Shown here: piece after piece, positions 28,485 to 38,036 of the stretch
Layout of the letters: each line of letters starts with the position of its first letter
Numbering within the stretch: the first letter of the stretch is position 1
Source: an uncultured Pseudomonadota bacterium
GTDB taxonomy: Bacteria > Pseudomonadota > Alphaproteobacteria > Rs-D84
Reading direction: 5' to 3'
NCBI GenBank assembly: GCA_902787665.1
Contig: CADAHF010000001.1
Coordinates: 68,757-112,781, forward strand
DNA: 44,025 bases
Notes under the pieces: generated by a model
What the model was told of the DNA's origin: nothing
Databases searched by the model: none
The model's input: the letters and a program-made list of their open reading frames with translations, nothing else
Made by a program: the position numbers and the translations under genes

Positions 28485-28723
28485 GGCAGCCCCCTTTTGT
28501 GTTTTCTTTGTTCTTGTTTACATGTATCATTATAATGTTTGGCATAATCAGTTTCAAGTGTTATGTCAAGATAAACTTTCTTTTGACTTTATTCCCAGGA
28601 TATAGCAAAGTGTTCTTAACCATATTGTAAAAATTGCCACCGATGGTTTGCGGCGTTGGTATGGTTCCCGATCTTGCCAATAATGGGGGTCGGTGTGTTT
28701 CATCAAAACAAGGAGTAAAAAAG

Positions 28724-29812
28724 ATGAAAAAAACTTTAAAACTTGCGATTGCGGCATCGGTTTTGACCGCACCAGCATTAGCGGACAGTCCGTATATCGC
28801 AAATTCACTTAGCAACATGGAAAATCCATTGTATTTGCCAAGCGCTGGTGAATTATACAGCAAAGTTGGTTTCGGTGTGATGTATAAGGTTACCGACAGC
28901 AACGATGCACAGAAAAAATTGTTCCACGATGGTGAACAAGAATTTCCAATTTGGCGTCCGTCATTAGAATTGGGTTATGGTATTACGGACCGTTGGACTG
29001 TCCATGGCCAGGTTGGTTATACACACAATCGTGATGTAGAACGTTATGGTTTCCACCTTGGGCGTATTGGAACAACATATCGTATTTTGTCCGAAGATTT
29101 TATCTGGGACGTTTATGGCGATTTCCACTTGGGTGGTATCAGCAAGATGCAAGGTTCGTTGGTTAACAAAGGGAAGTCTCCTTTGGATACAACATTTAAA
29201 TATGATAACTTCTCGAATGGTCGTTGGGGATATCATGTTGGAACCAAATTCGGCAAGGTTTGGGACCGTTGGACAACAAGCGCATTTGTTGAATTGTTGC
29301 GCACATGGGGCAACCACAATAACGAAATTGATTTGTCCAAAGTTTATTTGGATGATGTGAGATCGGGTGTGCCACACATTCCTTTAACAACAGTCGTGTC
29401 ACCAGAAAAAATATCTGTTGATTTGAAATCAACAACGGAATATGACTTTGGTGTCAATGCTTTTTACCAGGTTAACGATCGTTGGTCTTTTGGTTTGGGC
29501 TTGAAATATACTTACCATGCAGAAAATGGTATTAAAAAAGTTCATACAAAAATGAGTTTTAGCGATCTTCCAGGTGTTCCTGGCAGTGCAACAGTGGTTG
29601 CAGGTGGCATCAGCGATGCTTTGAATCATTTTAAAGATATGCATGACGAATTTAGTGAATTTGCGCAAAGTTTGACTGTTGCATATCAAGCAAGCGATTC
29701 TATGCAGGTTGCGGCTTTTGTTGAAAATACCATTGACAATGGTCAACGCTTGTCTGGCAGTACCACCGATTTCAAGGCGGAATTTGGTGTTCGTTTGAAT
29801 GTTAAATTCTAA
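28724..29812 (+). CDS. Outer membrane beta-barrel protein (possible major OMP/porin)
   Basis: AAGGAG RBS, signal peptide MKKTLKLAIAASVLTAPALA, C-terminal FGVRLNVKF. Confidence 0.8.
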   Translation: MKKTLKLAIAASVLTAPALADSPYIANSLSNMENPLYLPSAGELYSKVGFGVMYKVTDSNDAQKKLFHDGEQEFPIWRPSLELGYGITDRWTVHGQVGYTHNRDVERYGFHLGRIGTTYRILSEDFIWDVYGDFHLGGISKMQGSLVNKGKSPLDTTFKYDNFSNGRWGYHVGTKFGKVWDRWTTSAFVELLRTWGNHNNEIDLSKVYLDDVRSGVPHIPLTTVVSPEKISVDLKSTTEYDFGVNAFYQVNDRWSFGLGLKYTYHAENGIKKVHTKMSFSDLPGVPGSATVVAGGISDALNHFKDMHDEFSEFAQSLTVAYQASDSMQVAAFVENTIDNGQRLSGSTTDFKAEFGVRLNVKF

Positions 29813-29835
29813 TAATCGGACGAAAAAAGTAAAAA

Positions 29836-29860
29836 AATCCCCCACTTTTTAGTGGGGGTT
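29836..29860. terminator. Intrinsic terminator
   Basis: CCCCCACT-tttt-AGTGGGGG flanked by A and T tracts. Confidence 0.75.
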
Positions 29861-29936
29861 ATTTTTTGTCTATACAAAATGCTTTTTTATAGGGCTTTTT
29901 TATGATATAATAAAACAAAAGGAATTCGGAGCGAGA

Positions 29937-31040
29937 ATGAAAAAGTTCAGCATTTCTGCCGCTTTGGTTGGGGTAATGTTTGGCGCGCCATATGGGGCGG
30001 GTGCCGTTTATCCGGTTTATCAAAATGCGTCTATGTCGACCCAAATGGCAACAAATGGTATGCCAAATAATACTGTTGCTGTTCCAGCCCAGGGTCAGGT
30101 TATCTATGTAAACCCGAATGTTGCGGCAAGTCCAACGCGTATTACCGGCGCTTTGCCAAAGGTTGGCTCAAATGCGATTGCAGCGGGACGTCAATATTAT
30201 CAACCGGCTGAATTCGACAGATTGGCAGACAGTGGTTTGTATATCGGTATGTCGGTTGGATACAGTGCTTCTGTTATGGGTTCAATAAGTGCAGATTATG
30301 CCGATAAAGAAAAGGCTTTCTTTGTTCCAGGGGCGTTCAAGGCGGCTGATTTTGAAAAAGATACAGTAATTCCGTTACAATTATCGGTTGGTGCCGCGAT
30401 TAATAACGATGTGCGTGTTGATTTTTCTTATCTGCGTTATAGTGGTCTTTCGTATCCAAGCAGTGTTGAAACATCAACTGGAAATGGCGGATATGCACTG
30501 GCGACCGTTGATGGTGGCGCAATTACAGCAAACGCAACGATGTTAAATGTGTATTATAACATCGATTCATATACCGGTTATTTGGCGGGCGGTTCACTGC
30601 GGCCGTATGTTGGTGTGGGTGCTGGTTTGTCGTTAAATACGATTGCCGATTATATTGTGTCGGATAATAACTATTACTATGAATTGACAGATGAACAATT
30701 ACCAACTGTGCCAGATGGAACATTGTCGGGTGTTTCTGATATTATCGCGTATCACAATGGCGGAACAACCGAACAGCTGGCATTTATGCTTGAAGGTGGT
30801 GTTACAACCGAATTGTCGGGTGGATTAAAGGTTGATTTCTTTGTTCGCTATACGAATTTGGGTCGTGTGAAAACATCGGGCAGTATCGTTATGTCACAGA
30901 CAGAATGGTTGAAAGACAGTTCGTCGCCAACACTTGAAACCCAGGGACAATACGACAGTGTTTACCACTATACCAACTGGTATGAAAGCGGGCGTCTGTC
31001 GATGGTTGATGTTGGTGCGCGTTTAAGATTACAGTTCTAA
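29937..31040 (+). CDS. Outer membrane beta-barrel protein (opacity/Omp-like small barrel with long loops)
   Basis: Signal peptide, RVDFSYLRY, MLNVYY, PYVGVGAGL, YTNLG, C-terminal VGARLRLQF. Confidence 0.8.
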   Translation: MKKFSISAALVGVMFGAPYGAGAVYPVYQNASMSTQMATNGMPNNTVAVPAQGQVIYVNPNVAASPTRITGALPKVGSNAIAAGRQYYQPAEFDRLADSGLYIGMSVGYSASVMGSISADYADKEKAFFVPGAFKAADFEKDTVIPLQLSVGAAINNDVRVDFSYLRYSGLSYPSSVETSTGNGGYALATVDGGAITANATMLNVYYNIDSYTGYLAGGSLRPYVGVGAGLSLNTIADYIVSDNNYYYELTDEQLPTVPDGTLSGVSDIIAYHNGGTTEQLAFMLEGGVTTELSGGLKVDFFVRYTNLGRVKTSGSIVMSQTEWLKDSSSPTLETQGQYDSVYHYTNWYESGRLSMVDVGARLRLQF

Positions 31041-31052
31041 GACACAAAAGAT

Positions 31053-32675
31053 ATGACACGCAAGAATTTGATTATGCATTATTCATTGTTTGTCGCAATG
31101 GTTGGTATTGTGGCGGGTGGTGATGCGTTTTCTGCGGTGCGTATCGGAAATGCAACAAAAAATCAATATTATGCAAATCAAATGGCGCAATATCAGGCGA
31201 TGAATCAGGTCGTATCGACAAATGATATTGCGACCACTTCTGGAAATGATTCTGCGCGTGATGCAAAATCAGCTGGTGAATCACAATTAGAATCTTGTCA
31301 ACAGATATATCCAACTGGTGAATTTGAAATTGCGCGTCCAACCGCGGGACTTGGTATGGGTGGTGCAAAAACTTGCACGGCTGTTGTTGAATTGCGTGGA
31401 TATCAAATGGGACAAAATGGTGGCGATGCGGTTTTAGCGCGTGCCAATATTGCGGCTGGAACAACGATTGATTGTAATATTTCTGCGTTTCCAGAAACAT
31501 CATATACACTTGATGCGCAACGCGTTGTGTTTCCCGCAGATGCTGAACCAACGGTCGAAGATGTGGTTGCCGTTATGAACCAGGAACAAAAGCAAAATGC
31601 CGGTATGAAAATAGCGGCGGCGGCGTTGGTTGGGGCAATCGGCGGTAATATCAGTGGCAGAAATGATGTTGGCAAAGATGGTTTCATTGGAACTGATAAA
31701 AACAAAATGCAAAACACTGTGATTGGTGCGCTTGGTGGCGCTGCAATCGGTGCTGGCGGTGCGTATGCCGGATATGAAGCGGGCAATATGATTATGTCTG
31801 CGGGTGTTAATGCTGCGGCTGGTGCTGCGGCTGGTAATATGATTGCATCTGGTAATGAAGTATTAAGTATTAAACAATGCGATACTGGTCCGTGTTTGTT
31901 GGGTAATTTAATATCGGGAAAAGCAATTGATACATCGTCACATAATTATTATGTTGATTTATCCGACCGCAAAACTGTTATGCGTTGTAGTCTTGATAAC
32001 ACAAAATGTGAATCTGAATACGGATTGTTATCAATTACGTTTGGCAATGATGATAATGCGAAATTGTTAAAGAATATGACTGAAACAGAGATACAAGAAA
32101 TAATATTTTCTGGTAATGTATATCATATCGAAGAACAAACAAATGGTTCCAAAGAAATGGTAAGCGGCCAGGGTAACCAGACGTTTGCATTAATATCTGG
32201 GGCTAAAAAAGAAGACGGTATGCCAATACCAGTGGTGATAAAAGATTTATCGGGTTTTAATGTTAAAGCACTGGGCAATACAGAAGCAGAATTTAATACA
32301 TGGAAAGACAATCAGAAAGACAATCATAAAAACATCCCGATATATAAACGTGATGTGAATGGTAATGCTGTCGGTAAACCGATTGAAAATGCAAAAATGG
32401 AAGATTTTGTTCCGATGACGGACAGCGCTAAAGACGGTGGTATTATCGATTTGGGTAACAAGGCGCGTTTGAAAAGCACGCTTGTTGGCGCGGGTGCTGG
32501 TGGGGCGCTGGGTGCATTCACTGCATACGAGGGTGCACAGAGTGATATTGATGACCGTTGGGTGTCTGCAGTTCGTGAATACAAAGATTCACTGCAAAAG
32601 TTTTATTGTGTGACTGGAAATCGCTTCTTGTCTTATTATAACGATGTTGTGATTATACCGAGTGTGAAAGAATAA
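31053..32675 (+). CDS. Secreted Cys-containing protein with multiple glycine zippers
   Basis: Signal peptide; GxxxG runs VGAIGG, GALGGAAIGAGG, GAGAGGALGA; several Cys. Confidence 0.8.
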   Translation: MTRKNLIMHYSLFVAMVGIVAGGDAFSAVRIGNATKNQYYANQMAQYQAMNQVVSTNDIATTSGNDSARDAKSAGESQLESCQQIYPTGEFEIARPTAGLGMGGAKTCTAVVELRGYQMGQNGGDAVLARANIAAGTTIDCNISAFPETSYTLDAQRVVFPADAEPTVEDVVAVMNQEQKQNAGMKIAAAALVGAIGGNISGRNDVGKDGFIGTDKNKMQNTVIGALGGAAIGAGGAYAGYEAGNMIMSAGVNAAAGAAAGNMIASGNEVLSIKQCDTGPCLLGNLISGKAIDTSSHNYYVDLSDRKTVMRCSLDNTKCESEYGLLSITFGNDDNAKLLKNMTETEIQEIIFSGNVYHIEEQTNGSKEMVSGQGNQTFALISGAKKEDGMPIPVVIKDLSGFNVKALGNTEAEFNTWKDNQKDNHKNIPIYKRDVNGNAVGKPIENAKMEDFVPMTDSAKDGGIIDLGNKARLKSTLVGAGAGGALGAFTAYEGAQSDIDDRWVSAVREYKDSLQKFYCVTGNRFLSYYNDVVIIPSVKE

Positions 32676-32702
32676 AAAAATCGCCCGTATGGGCGTTTTT
32701 TA
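32675..32702. terminator. Bidirectional terminator
   Basis: A-tract CGCCC-gtat-GGGCG T-tract. Confidence 0.75.
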
Positions 32703-32713
32703 TTTTCTTGGTC

Positions 32714-34024
32714 TTACTTTCCCAAACATAATTGTGCAAATGTAGCGTCCATTACATCGCTTGCAGTGATGGTTCCAAGTATTTTGCCAATGCTATCTGC
32801 AGCACTGCGCACGTGTTCGGAAATTAAATCATAGTTTTCACCATCAATATCAATCGCAGATTTTAATTCATCATGCGCGTTTTCCAGTAATGTTTTTGTG
32901 CGGGCGTTTATTGCAAGCGCGTTTTCCATGCCGTCTGTTAATTTATGCAGGTGCGTACGGATTTCGTTCATCAAATCGTTCATTCCATCGCCCGTTTTTG
33001 CCGAAACATAAATCGCGTCTTTAAATTTTTTTGTTTTCAATAAATCAGATTTGTTGATAATGATAATTTCATTATCTGAACTTTGATTTTTGAAATTTGA
33101 ACTTTGTTCCGTGGACACAATCCGCAGAACCAGGTCGGCATTTTTGATTTCGTTTTCCGTCCGTTCGATTCCAATCTTTTCAATTTTGTCGTCTGTATTA
33201 TCACGCAGCCCCGCCGTATCAGATAAATTTACCAAATATCCATCAATATCAATTGTCGCGGACACAACATCACGTGTTGTCCCCGGAATGTCGGACACTA
33301 TCGCACGATTTGACCCCAAAATCGCATTAAACAGTGAAGATTTACCAACATTTGGTTCGCCAACAAGTGCGATATTAAAACCGCCACGAACCGCACGCGC
33401 CGCTGCATAGCGCGAAAGCGCGTTATCTATTTCACCATATAATTTTTTGATTTTTTCACGAACCGTTTTGCCGATGTTTTTTGGTAAATCGTCTGCATCA
33501 TAGTCCAAAATCGCGGCACTGTATGCGGCGATTTCAATCATTTGCGACCGCCATGCATCGTAAATCTTGCTGTCGCGACCCATCATGGATGACAATGCAG
33601 ATTTGCGTTGAACATCGGTTTGTGCGTCCAATAACGCGGCAAGACCGTCAATGTCCGCCAAATCCATTTTGTTGTTATAAAACGCGCGTCTGGAAAATTC
33701 ACCTGGGGTTGCCATACGCATATTGTTCGATGATAAAAATTCAAAGATTTTTTCAATAACCGCGGGCGCACCATGCGATGCGATTTCAATCACGTCTTCG
33801 CCGGTAAAAGAGTGGGGCGCGGCAAAGTATGTCACGATACATTGGTCAATAATTTCGCCCGCATTGTCGGTTAAATTCACAAAATACGCATGACGTGGTG
33901 TTGGACCAAACCGCCCAACGATATGTTCCATGAAATCAGACAGGTTTGTACCCGATATGCGAATAACTGCAACACCTGATTTTCCATGGCCACTGGACAG
34001 CGCAAAAATTGTATCGTTATTCAT
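32714..34024 (-). CDS. mnmE: tRNA modification GTPase MnmE
   Basis: DTIFALSS, SFTGED, GEPNVGKSS, GTTRD, DTAG, NKSD, C-terminal CLGK. Confidence 0.96.
   Translation of the reverse strand: MNNDTIFALSSGHGKSGVAVIRISGTNLSDFMEHIVGRFGPTPRHAYFVNLTDNAGEIIDQCIVTYFAAPHSFTGEDVIEIASHGAPAVIEKIFEFLSSNNMRMATPGEFSRRAFYNNKMDLADIDGLAALLDAQTDVQRKSALSSMMGRDSKIYDAWRSQMIEIAAYSAAILDYDADDLPKNIGKTVREKIKKLYGEIDNALSRYAAARAVRGGFNIALVGEPNVGKSSLFNAILGSNRAIVSDIPGTTRDVVSATIDIDGYLVNLSDTAGLRDNTDDKIEKIGIERTENEIKNADLVLRIVSTEQSSNFKNQSSDNEIIIINKSDLLKTKKFKDAIYVSAKTGDGMNDLMNEIRTHLHKLTDGMENALAINARTKTLLENAHDELKSAIDIDGENYDLISEHVRSAADSIGKILGTITASDVMDATFAQLCLGK
33077..33104 (-). repeat. Heptamer tandem repeat (AAGTTCA-like x4) inside mnmE
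   Basis: AAGTTCA AATTTCA AAAATCA AAGTTCA on -, encoding QSSNFKNQSS. Confidence 0.6.
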
Positions 34025-34025
34025 G

Positions 34026-34604
34026 CTATTTATTCCCGCTTATGTGTTTCAATGCGATTGGAACCAATGTTGCAACATCTGCGTTTGGATTGTCAGCAAC
34101 CAATTTTTGTGCCATATCGATAATGTCCAAACGGCGATAACCCAGTGCCTCCAGTGCCGCCAATAAATCGGGTAATGCACCGCCGGCCGTGTCGCCACCG
34201 CCAAAGTCAAATGATCCACCACCGATTTTTGATTTCAATTCGACAATAATTTTTTCAGCGACCTTTTTCCCAACGCCTGGTGTGGTTGCGATTGTTTTTG
34301 CGTCCCCGGTTGCGATTGCGGACATCAAAGTGTCGGTTTTAATCGTTGACATTATGGAAAGCGCAACCTTTGGCCCCACGCCAGAAACGGTCGTTAATTG
34401 ATTAAACAGGTTTTGCGCCGCAATGCTGCCAAACCCGAAAAGACGGATGGAATCTTCACGCACAATCGTTTCAATCCACAGGACAACAGTCGCACCCTTT
34501 GCCAGATATTCGGGGGTGTAAACCTTGTACCCGACGTCATGCACCAATAAAATTATGAACCCGTCGCCAATATAATCAACAATGCCTTGCAATTTTCCAA
34601 TCAT
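34026..34604 (-). CDS. ruvA: Holliday junction branch migration protein RuvA
   Basis: MIGKLQG, VREDSIRLFGF, VSGVGPKVAL, PGVGKKVAEKIIVELK, ALEALGY. Confidence 0.96.
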   Translation of the reverse strand: MIGKLQGIVDYIGDGFIILLVHDVGYKVYTPEYLAKGATVVLWIETIVREDSIRLFGFGSIAAQNLFNQLTTVSGVGPKVALSIMSTIKTDTLMSAIATGDAKTIATTPGVGKKVAEKIIVELKSKIGGGSFDFGGGDTAGGALPDLLAALEALGYRRLDIIDMAQKLVADNPNADVATLVPIALKHISGNK

Positions 34605-34654
34605 CTGTTATCCTTTTGCTGTAATTGTAATCTAAAATAATCAAAAGGTCAAAT

Positions 34655-35371
34655 ATGAGTGGACACAGCAAATGGCACAATATTCAGCACAAGAAAGGGC
34701 TGGTTGATGCGGCGCGCAGTGGTTTGTTTACCAAATTGGCGCGTGAAATAACAATGGCGGCAAAGTTGGGCGACCCAAATCCAGACAATAATCCACGTCT
34801 GCGTCTGGCGATTTTACAGGCACGCAAAAATTCTATGCCAAACGATAATATTAAACGCGCAATTGATAAAGCATCGGGCAGCAATACCGAAAACTATGTT
34901 GCCGTGCGTTATGAGGGCTATGGCCCGGGTGCCGTTCCTGTTATTGTTGAAGCATTGACGGATAATCCACGCAGAACAGTGCCAGAAGTCCGTAATATCT
35001 TTGCGAAAAATGGTGGTAATATGGGCGAAGAAGGTTCGGTCGTGTTTATGTTCACACGTGCTGGTCAAATTATGTATCCGGCATCAATCGGCAAAACCGA
35101 AGACGAAATGATGGAAATTGTTATGGATGCGGGGGCTGACAATTTGGAAACTTCGGATGAAGGTTTCATTATCACAACCAAGCCAGACGATTTTATGACC
35201 GCACAAAAGGCGATTGCCGATGTTTTGGGTGAACCAGAAAGCGCGGAATTAACTTGGATTCCAAATATGCCGATGGATTTGGACGACGAAGCATATGCCA
35301 AGGTTGAAAAATTGGTAGATGCGCTGGAAGATAACGACGACGTGCAAAAGGTATTCACCGCCGCGGCGTAA
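34655..35371 (+). CDS. yebC: YebC/PmpR family protein
   Basis: MSGHSKWHNI, NPRLR, YEGYGPG, LTDN, LEDNDDVQ. Confidence 0.96.
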   Translation: MSGHSKWHNIQHKKGLVDAARSGLFTKLAREITMAAKLGDPNPDNNPRLRLAILQARKNSMPNDNIKRAIDKASGSNTENYVAVRYEGYGPGAVPVIVEALTDNPRRTVPEVRNIFAKNGGNMGEEGSVVFMFTRAGQIMYPASIGKTEDEMMEIVMDAGADNLETSDEGFIITTKPDDFMTAQKAIADVLGEPESAELTWIPNMPMDLDDEAYAKVEKLVDALEDNDDVQKVFTAAA

Positions 35372-35377
35372 GAAAAT

Positions 35378-35401
35378 AAAAATGCCCGTTCGGGCATTTT
35401 T
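35378..35401. terminator. Intrinsic terminator after yebC
   Basis: AAAATGCCC-gttc-GGGCATTTT. Confidence 0.8.
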
Positions 35402-35407
35402 ATTTTA

Positions 35408-35435
35408 AAGTTCAAAGTTCAGATTTCAAAGTTCA
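35408..35435 (+). repeat. Heptamer tandem repeat (AAGTTCA-like x4)
   Basis: AAGTTCA AAGTTCA GATTTCA AAGTTCA. Confidence 0.7.
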
Positions 35436-35436
35436 A

Positions 35437-36067
35437 ATGATGACAAACAAAGACTCTTTAATAAATGTGCCGGTGGAATTTACGAATACTGTGTTGCGGG
35501 TTGCAAGTGCATTAAATGTTCGTAACATGTGTGTCGTTGGTGGTGGTGATTTTGCCTGAACCGTTATCGCAACCGCATAAAAATCCAAATATTTTGGGTA
35601 TGCGTAAAAATTCCCTTGGCGGGGTAAAGGTTTTTGTTAAAAACTTTGGCACCGTTGATGTGTTCCAGCAATATACAAATGAACCCGAAGGCATCATTGC
35701 AAATTACTTTGATTTTAATTGTAACAGTTTGTATTATCGTATGCACGATAACAAAATAATTGAATCAGTATTCTTTGATGAATTTATGGAATCAAAAACA
35801 ATCAGTCCGCAACATGTTATATATGATAAAACCGGTGGAACTGTTTTGTATGGAAAACCACAAACAGTTATGCGTGCGTTAAAATTCCAAATACAATTTA
35901 ATGAAAAGTTTAATTTAAAGACGAATTTAAGTTCTGACATTTTGTATATGATTTATAATATGAACGCAGATGATGAAAAAAGCATGAAAAAATATATGTC
36001 GTCACATGTAATGGATAAAAAATTACAAACCCAAATCTTGCAAAGTTATCAGAGAATTAGGGAATAA
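35437..36067 (+). pseudogene. Frameshifted class II nucleotidyltransferase-like gene (CCA/poly(A) polymerase head)
   Basis: Frame 1 reads ...MCVVGG then stops at 35559; frame 2 continues with KNSLGGVKV, VDVF, FDFNCNSLYY, RALKF; RD..DxD segment missing. Confidence 0.55.
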
Positions 36068-36545
36068 AGCGTTCCAATGCCGACATGTTAGCATGGCTAA
36101 GGGCGATGGCAATTGCGTCTGCTTCGTCCGGCGTTTTTGGATTTGCCGCTGGCAGTAAAATTTTTACCATTTTATCAATCGCACTTTTATCAGCATGACC
36201 CGCACCAGTTAGTGCTTTTTTTATCTTGTTTGGTTCATATTCGTAAATTGGAATATTGCGTGTTGATACCGCCACAATCGCCGCCGCACGTGCATGTCCC
36301 AAGATAAGAGTTGTGCGTGGATTTTTATTTACAAATGTGATTTCAATGCTGCATTGATTTGGCGAAAAAGTATCAATCAATTTTGAAACTTCGTTAAAAA
36401 TTATTGCCAATCGTTCGGGCAGGGTGCCATTTGTTTTTGGTAATATAACGCCACTTGCCACATACTTGCGGTTTGACCCCGCGGTATCAATTATCGCCCA
36501 ACCAGTATGTAAAAGTCCCGGGTCAATGCCCAATATGCGTGTCAT
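36057..36545 (-). CDS. ruvC: Holliday junction resolvase RuvC
   Basis: ILGIDPG, LGHAR, KKALTGAGHADK, DEADAIAIA. Confidence 0.96.
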   Translation of the reverse strand: MTRILGIDPGLLHTGWAIIDTAGSNRKYVASGVILPKTNGTLPERLAIIFNEVSKLIDTFSPNQCSIEITFVNKNPRTTLILGHARAAAIVAVSTRNIPIYEYEPNKIKKALTGAGHADKSAIDKMVKILLPAANPKTPDEADAIAIALSHANMSALERFIP

Positions 36546-36871
36546 TTTCTAAATGTTATTTTGTTTACGGCGTCATAGCCAAAGTATTTATTTATGCGTT
36601 TTGTTATTTCCGGTACAGAATATGATAACTGTAATGCAAATGCTGGATTTTTTGGCTTTACCGCAATGTTAAATTTTTTATCGCGTGTTTTTGTTATGCC
36701 CGCCAGTGTTGATATACCCCCAATGTCATCACCCATTATTTCCGCCCAACGCGCAGCCAGGTCTGCATCAGATGCGTGTCCACCGAAAATTCGTATCAAA
36801 CCACCCAATGCCGCAGCAAGTGTTTGCGGACGTTCGGTACGCTTTTCAATTTTATTTTGTTGGTTTGACAT
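36542..36871 (-). CDS. DciA/DUF721 family protein
   Basis: LAARWAEIMG, ALQLSY..PEITKRINKYFGY.AV.KI. Confidence 0.8.
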   Translation of the reverse strand: MSNQQNKIEKRTERPQTLAAALGGLIRIFGGHASDADLAARWAEIMGDDIGGISTLAGITKTRDKKFNIAVKPKNPAFALQLSYSVPEITKRINKYFGYDAVNKITFRK

Positions 36872-37946
36872 ATGTATATTCCCGTGGCATTAAGATAAAC
36901 ATTTGACCTTTAGCATGTTGACCGTGGGCATATTTATATGCTTCGTCCCCCTTGCCAAAGAAAATATCTGCGCGTATCCAACCACGAATGGCGGAACCAG
37001 TATCTTGGGCAATCATCAATCGCTGGAATTTGCGCCCATCGGAAAGGTTCGTGCTGATATACACCGGCAGCCCAAGGGTATAAATACTGTCATCCATGGC
37101 GATACTGCGAATCTTGGACAATGGTGTGCCGATTTTACCAATTACATCTGGTGGCACAGATTCATAGAAATACACATAACGCGGATTTTTATAAATCACA
37201 TCGTGGGCAAGTTTCGGGTTTTTCTTCAGGTGTTTCCAAACCGCATCTGCGGAATAGCCACCTTCGGGTCTGATGCCGCGATTGCGTAATTCTTCGCCGA
37301 TTGATTTGAACGGCATATCGTTTACGGCGGCAAAGTTCAATTTTACCATTTTTCCGTCGTCCAGTTGCAACATTCCGGAACCTTGGATTTGAATATTTTG
37401 CACATCGACAATGTTCGCCCAGTATAAAACGCGCCCGATTTTTTGTTCGACAATTTTCTTCTTTTCAACACCCTTGTAATTGCGGCCATCGGTTGGAACA
37501 CCCATCAAAGGTTCGTTATATTCGGCGGTTTTTGTCCGGCTGCCCTTTATAATTGGGGAATAATATCCGGTATAAGTGCCGGTGTCGGTACCATTATCGT
37601 TATAAATCTTGTACGGTTGAAAATGCGATTCAAACCAAGCGCGCACTGTCGCCACATCCGCAGACGCAGACGGCAACATACGGCATTTTTCTTCGAATAA
37701 TGCGCGGTCTGGAATAACGCGGCCAGTATATTGAATTTTGGCTTTGCACGAATTACGAAATGCCTGCAAAGCATAGCGGACATCGTCATCGCGCCATCCA
37801 GGCAGGTCGTTATAAGATACTTTTTTAAGATTTGTTCCCGGTGCAATTGATTTATCGCCAGTGTGTGTCGGCGTGGACAGGTCGCAAGATGCCAAAACAA
37901 AGCCACAAAGCACGATAAAAAACAAATTTTTTATGAATTTTCTCAT
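36852..37946 (-). CDS. mltA: Membrane-bound lytic murein transglycosylase MltA (lipoprotein)
   Basis: Lipobox LASC, TGYYSP, IQGSG, NPRYVYF, QDTGSAIRG, DIFFG. Confidence 0.93.
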   Translation of the reverse strand: MRKFIKNLFFIVLCGFVLASCDLSTPTHTGDKSIAPGTNLKKVSYNDLPGWRDDDVRYALQAFRNSCKAKIQYTGRVIPDRALFEEKCRMLPSASADVATVRAWFESHFQPYKIYNDNGTDTGTYTGYYSPIIKGSRTKTAEYNEPLMGVPTDGRNYKGVEKKKIVEQKIGRVLYWANIVDVQNIQIQGSGMLQLDDGKMVKLNFAAVNDMPFKSIGEELRNRGIRPEGGYSADAVWKHLKKNPKLAHDVIYKNPRYVYFYESVPPDVIGKIGTPLSKIRSIAMDDSIYTLGLPVYISTNLSDGRKFQRLMIAQDTGSAIRGWIRADIFFGKGDEAYKYAHGQHAKGQMFILMPREYTYVKPTK

Positions 37947-38036
37947 TTTTTTAATGTCCCCCCACTTGTAAAATGCAAAAATAAATGTTATATATATTTT
38001 ATCACAAATTGATGCGTAAAAAAAGGAGCAATCGCG

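Noticed and set aside
33077-35435. Inverted heptamer arrays as ends of a second invertible segment
   Set aside because: Low-complexity imperfect match; inversion would split mnmE and yields no sensible alternative product.
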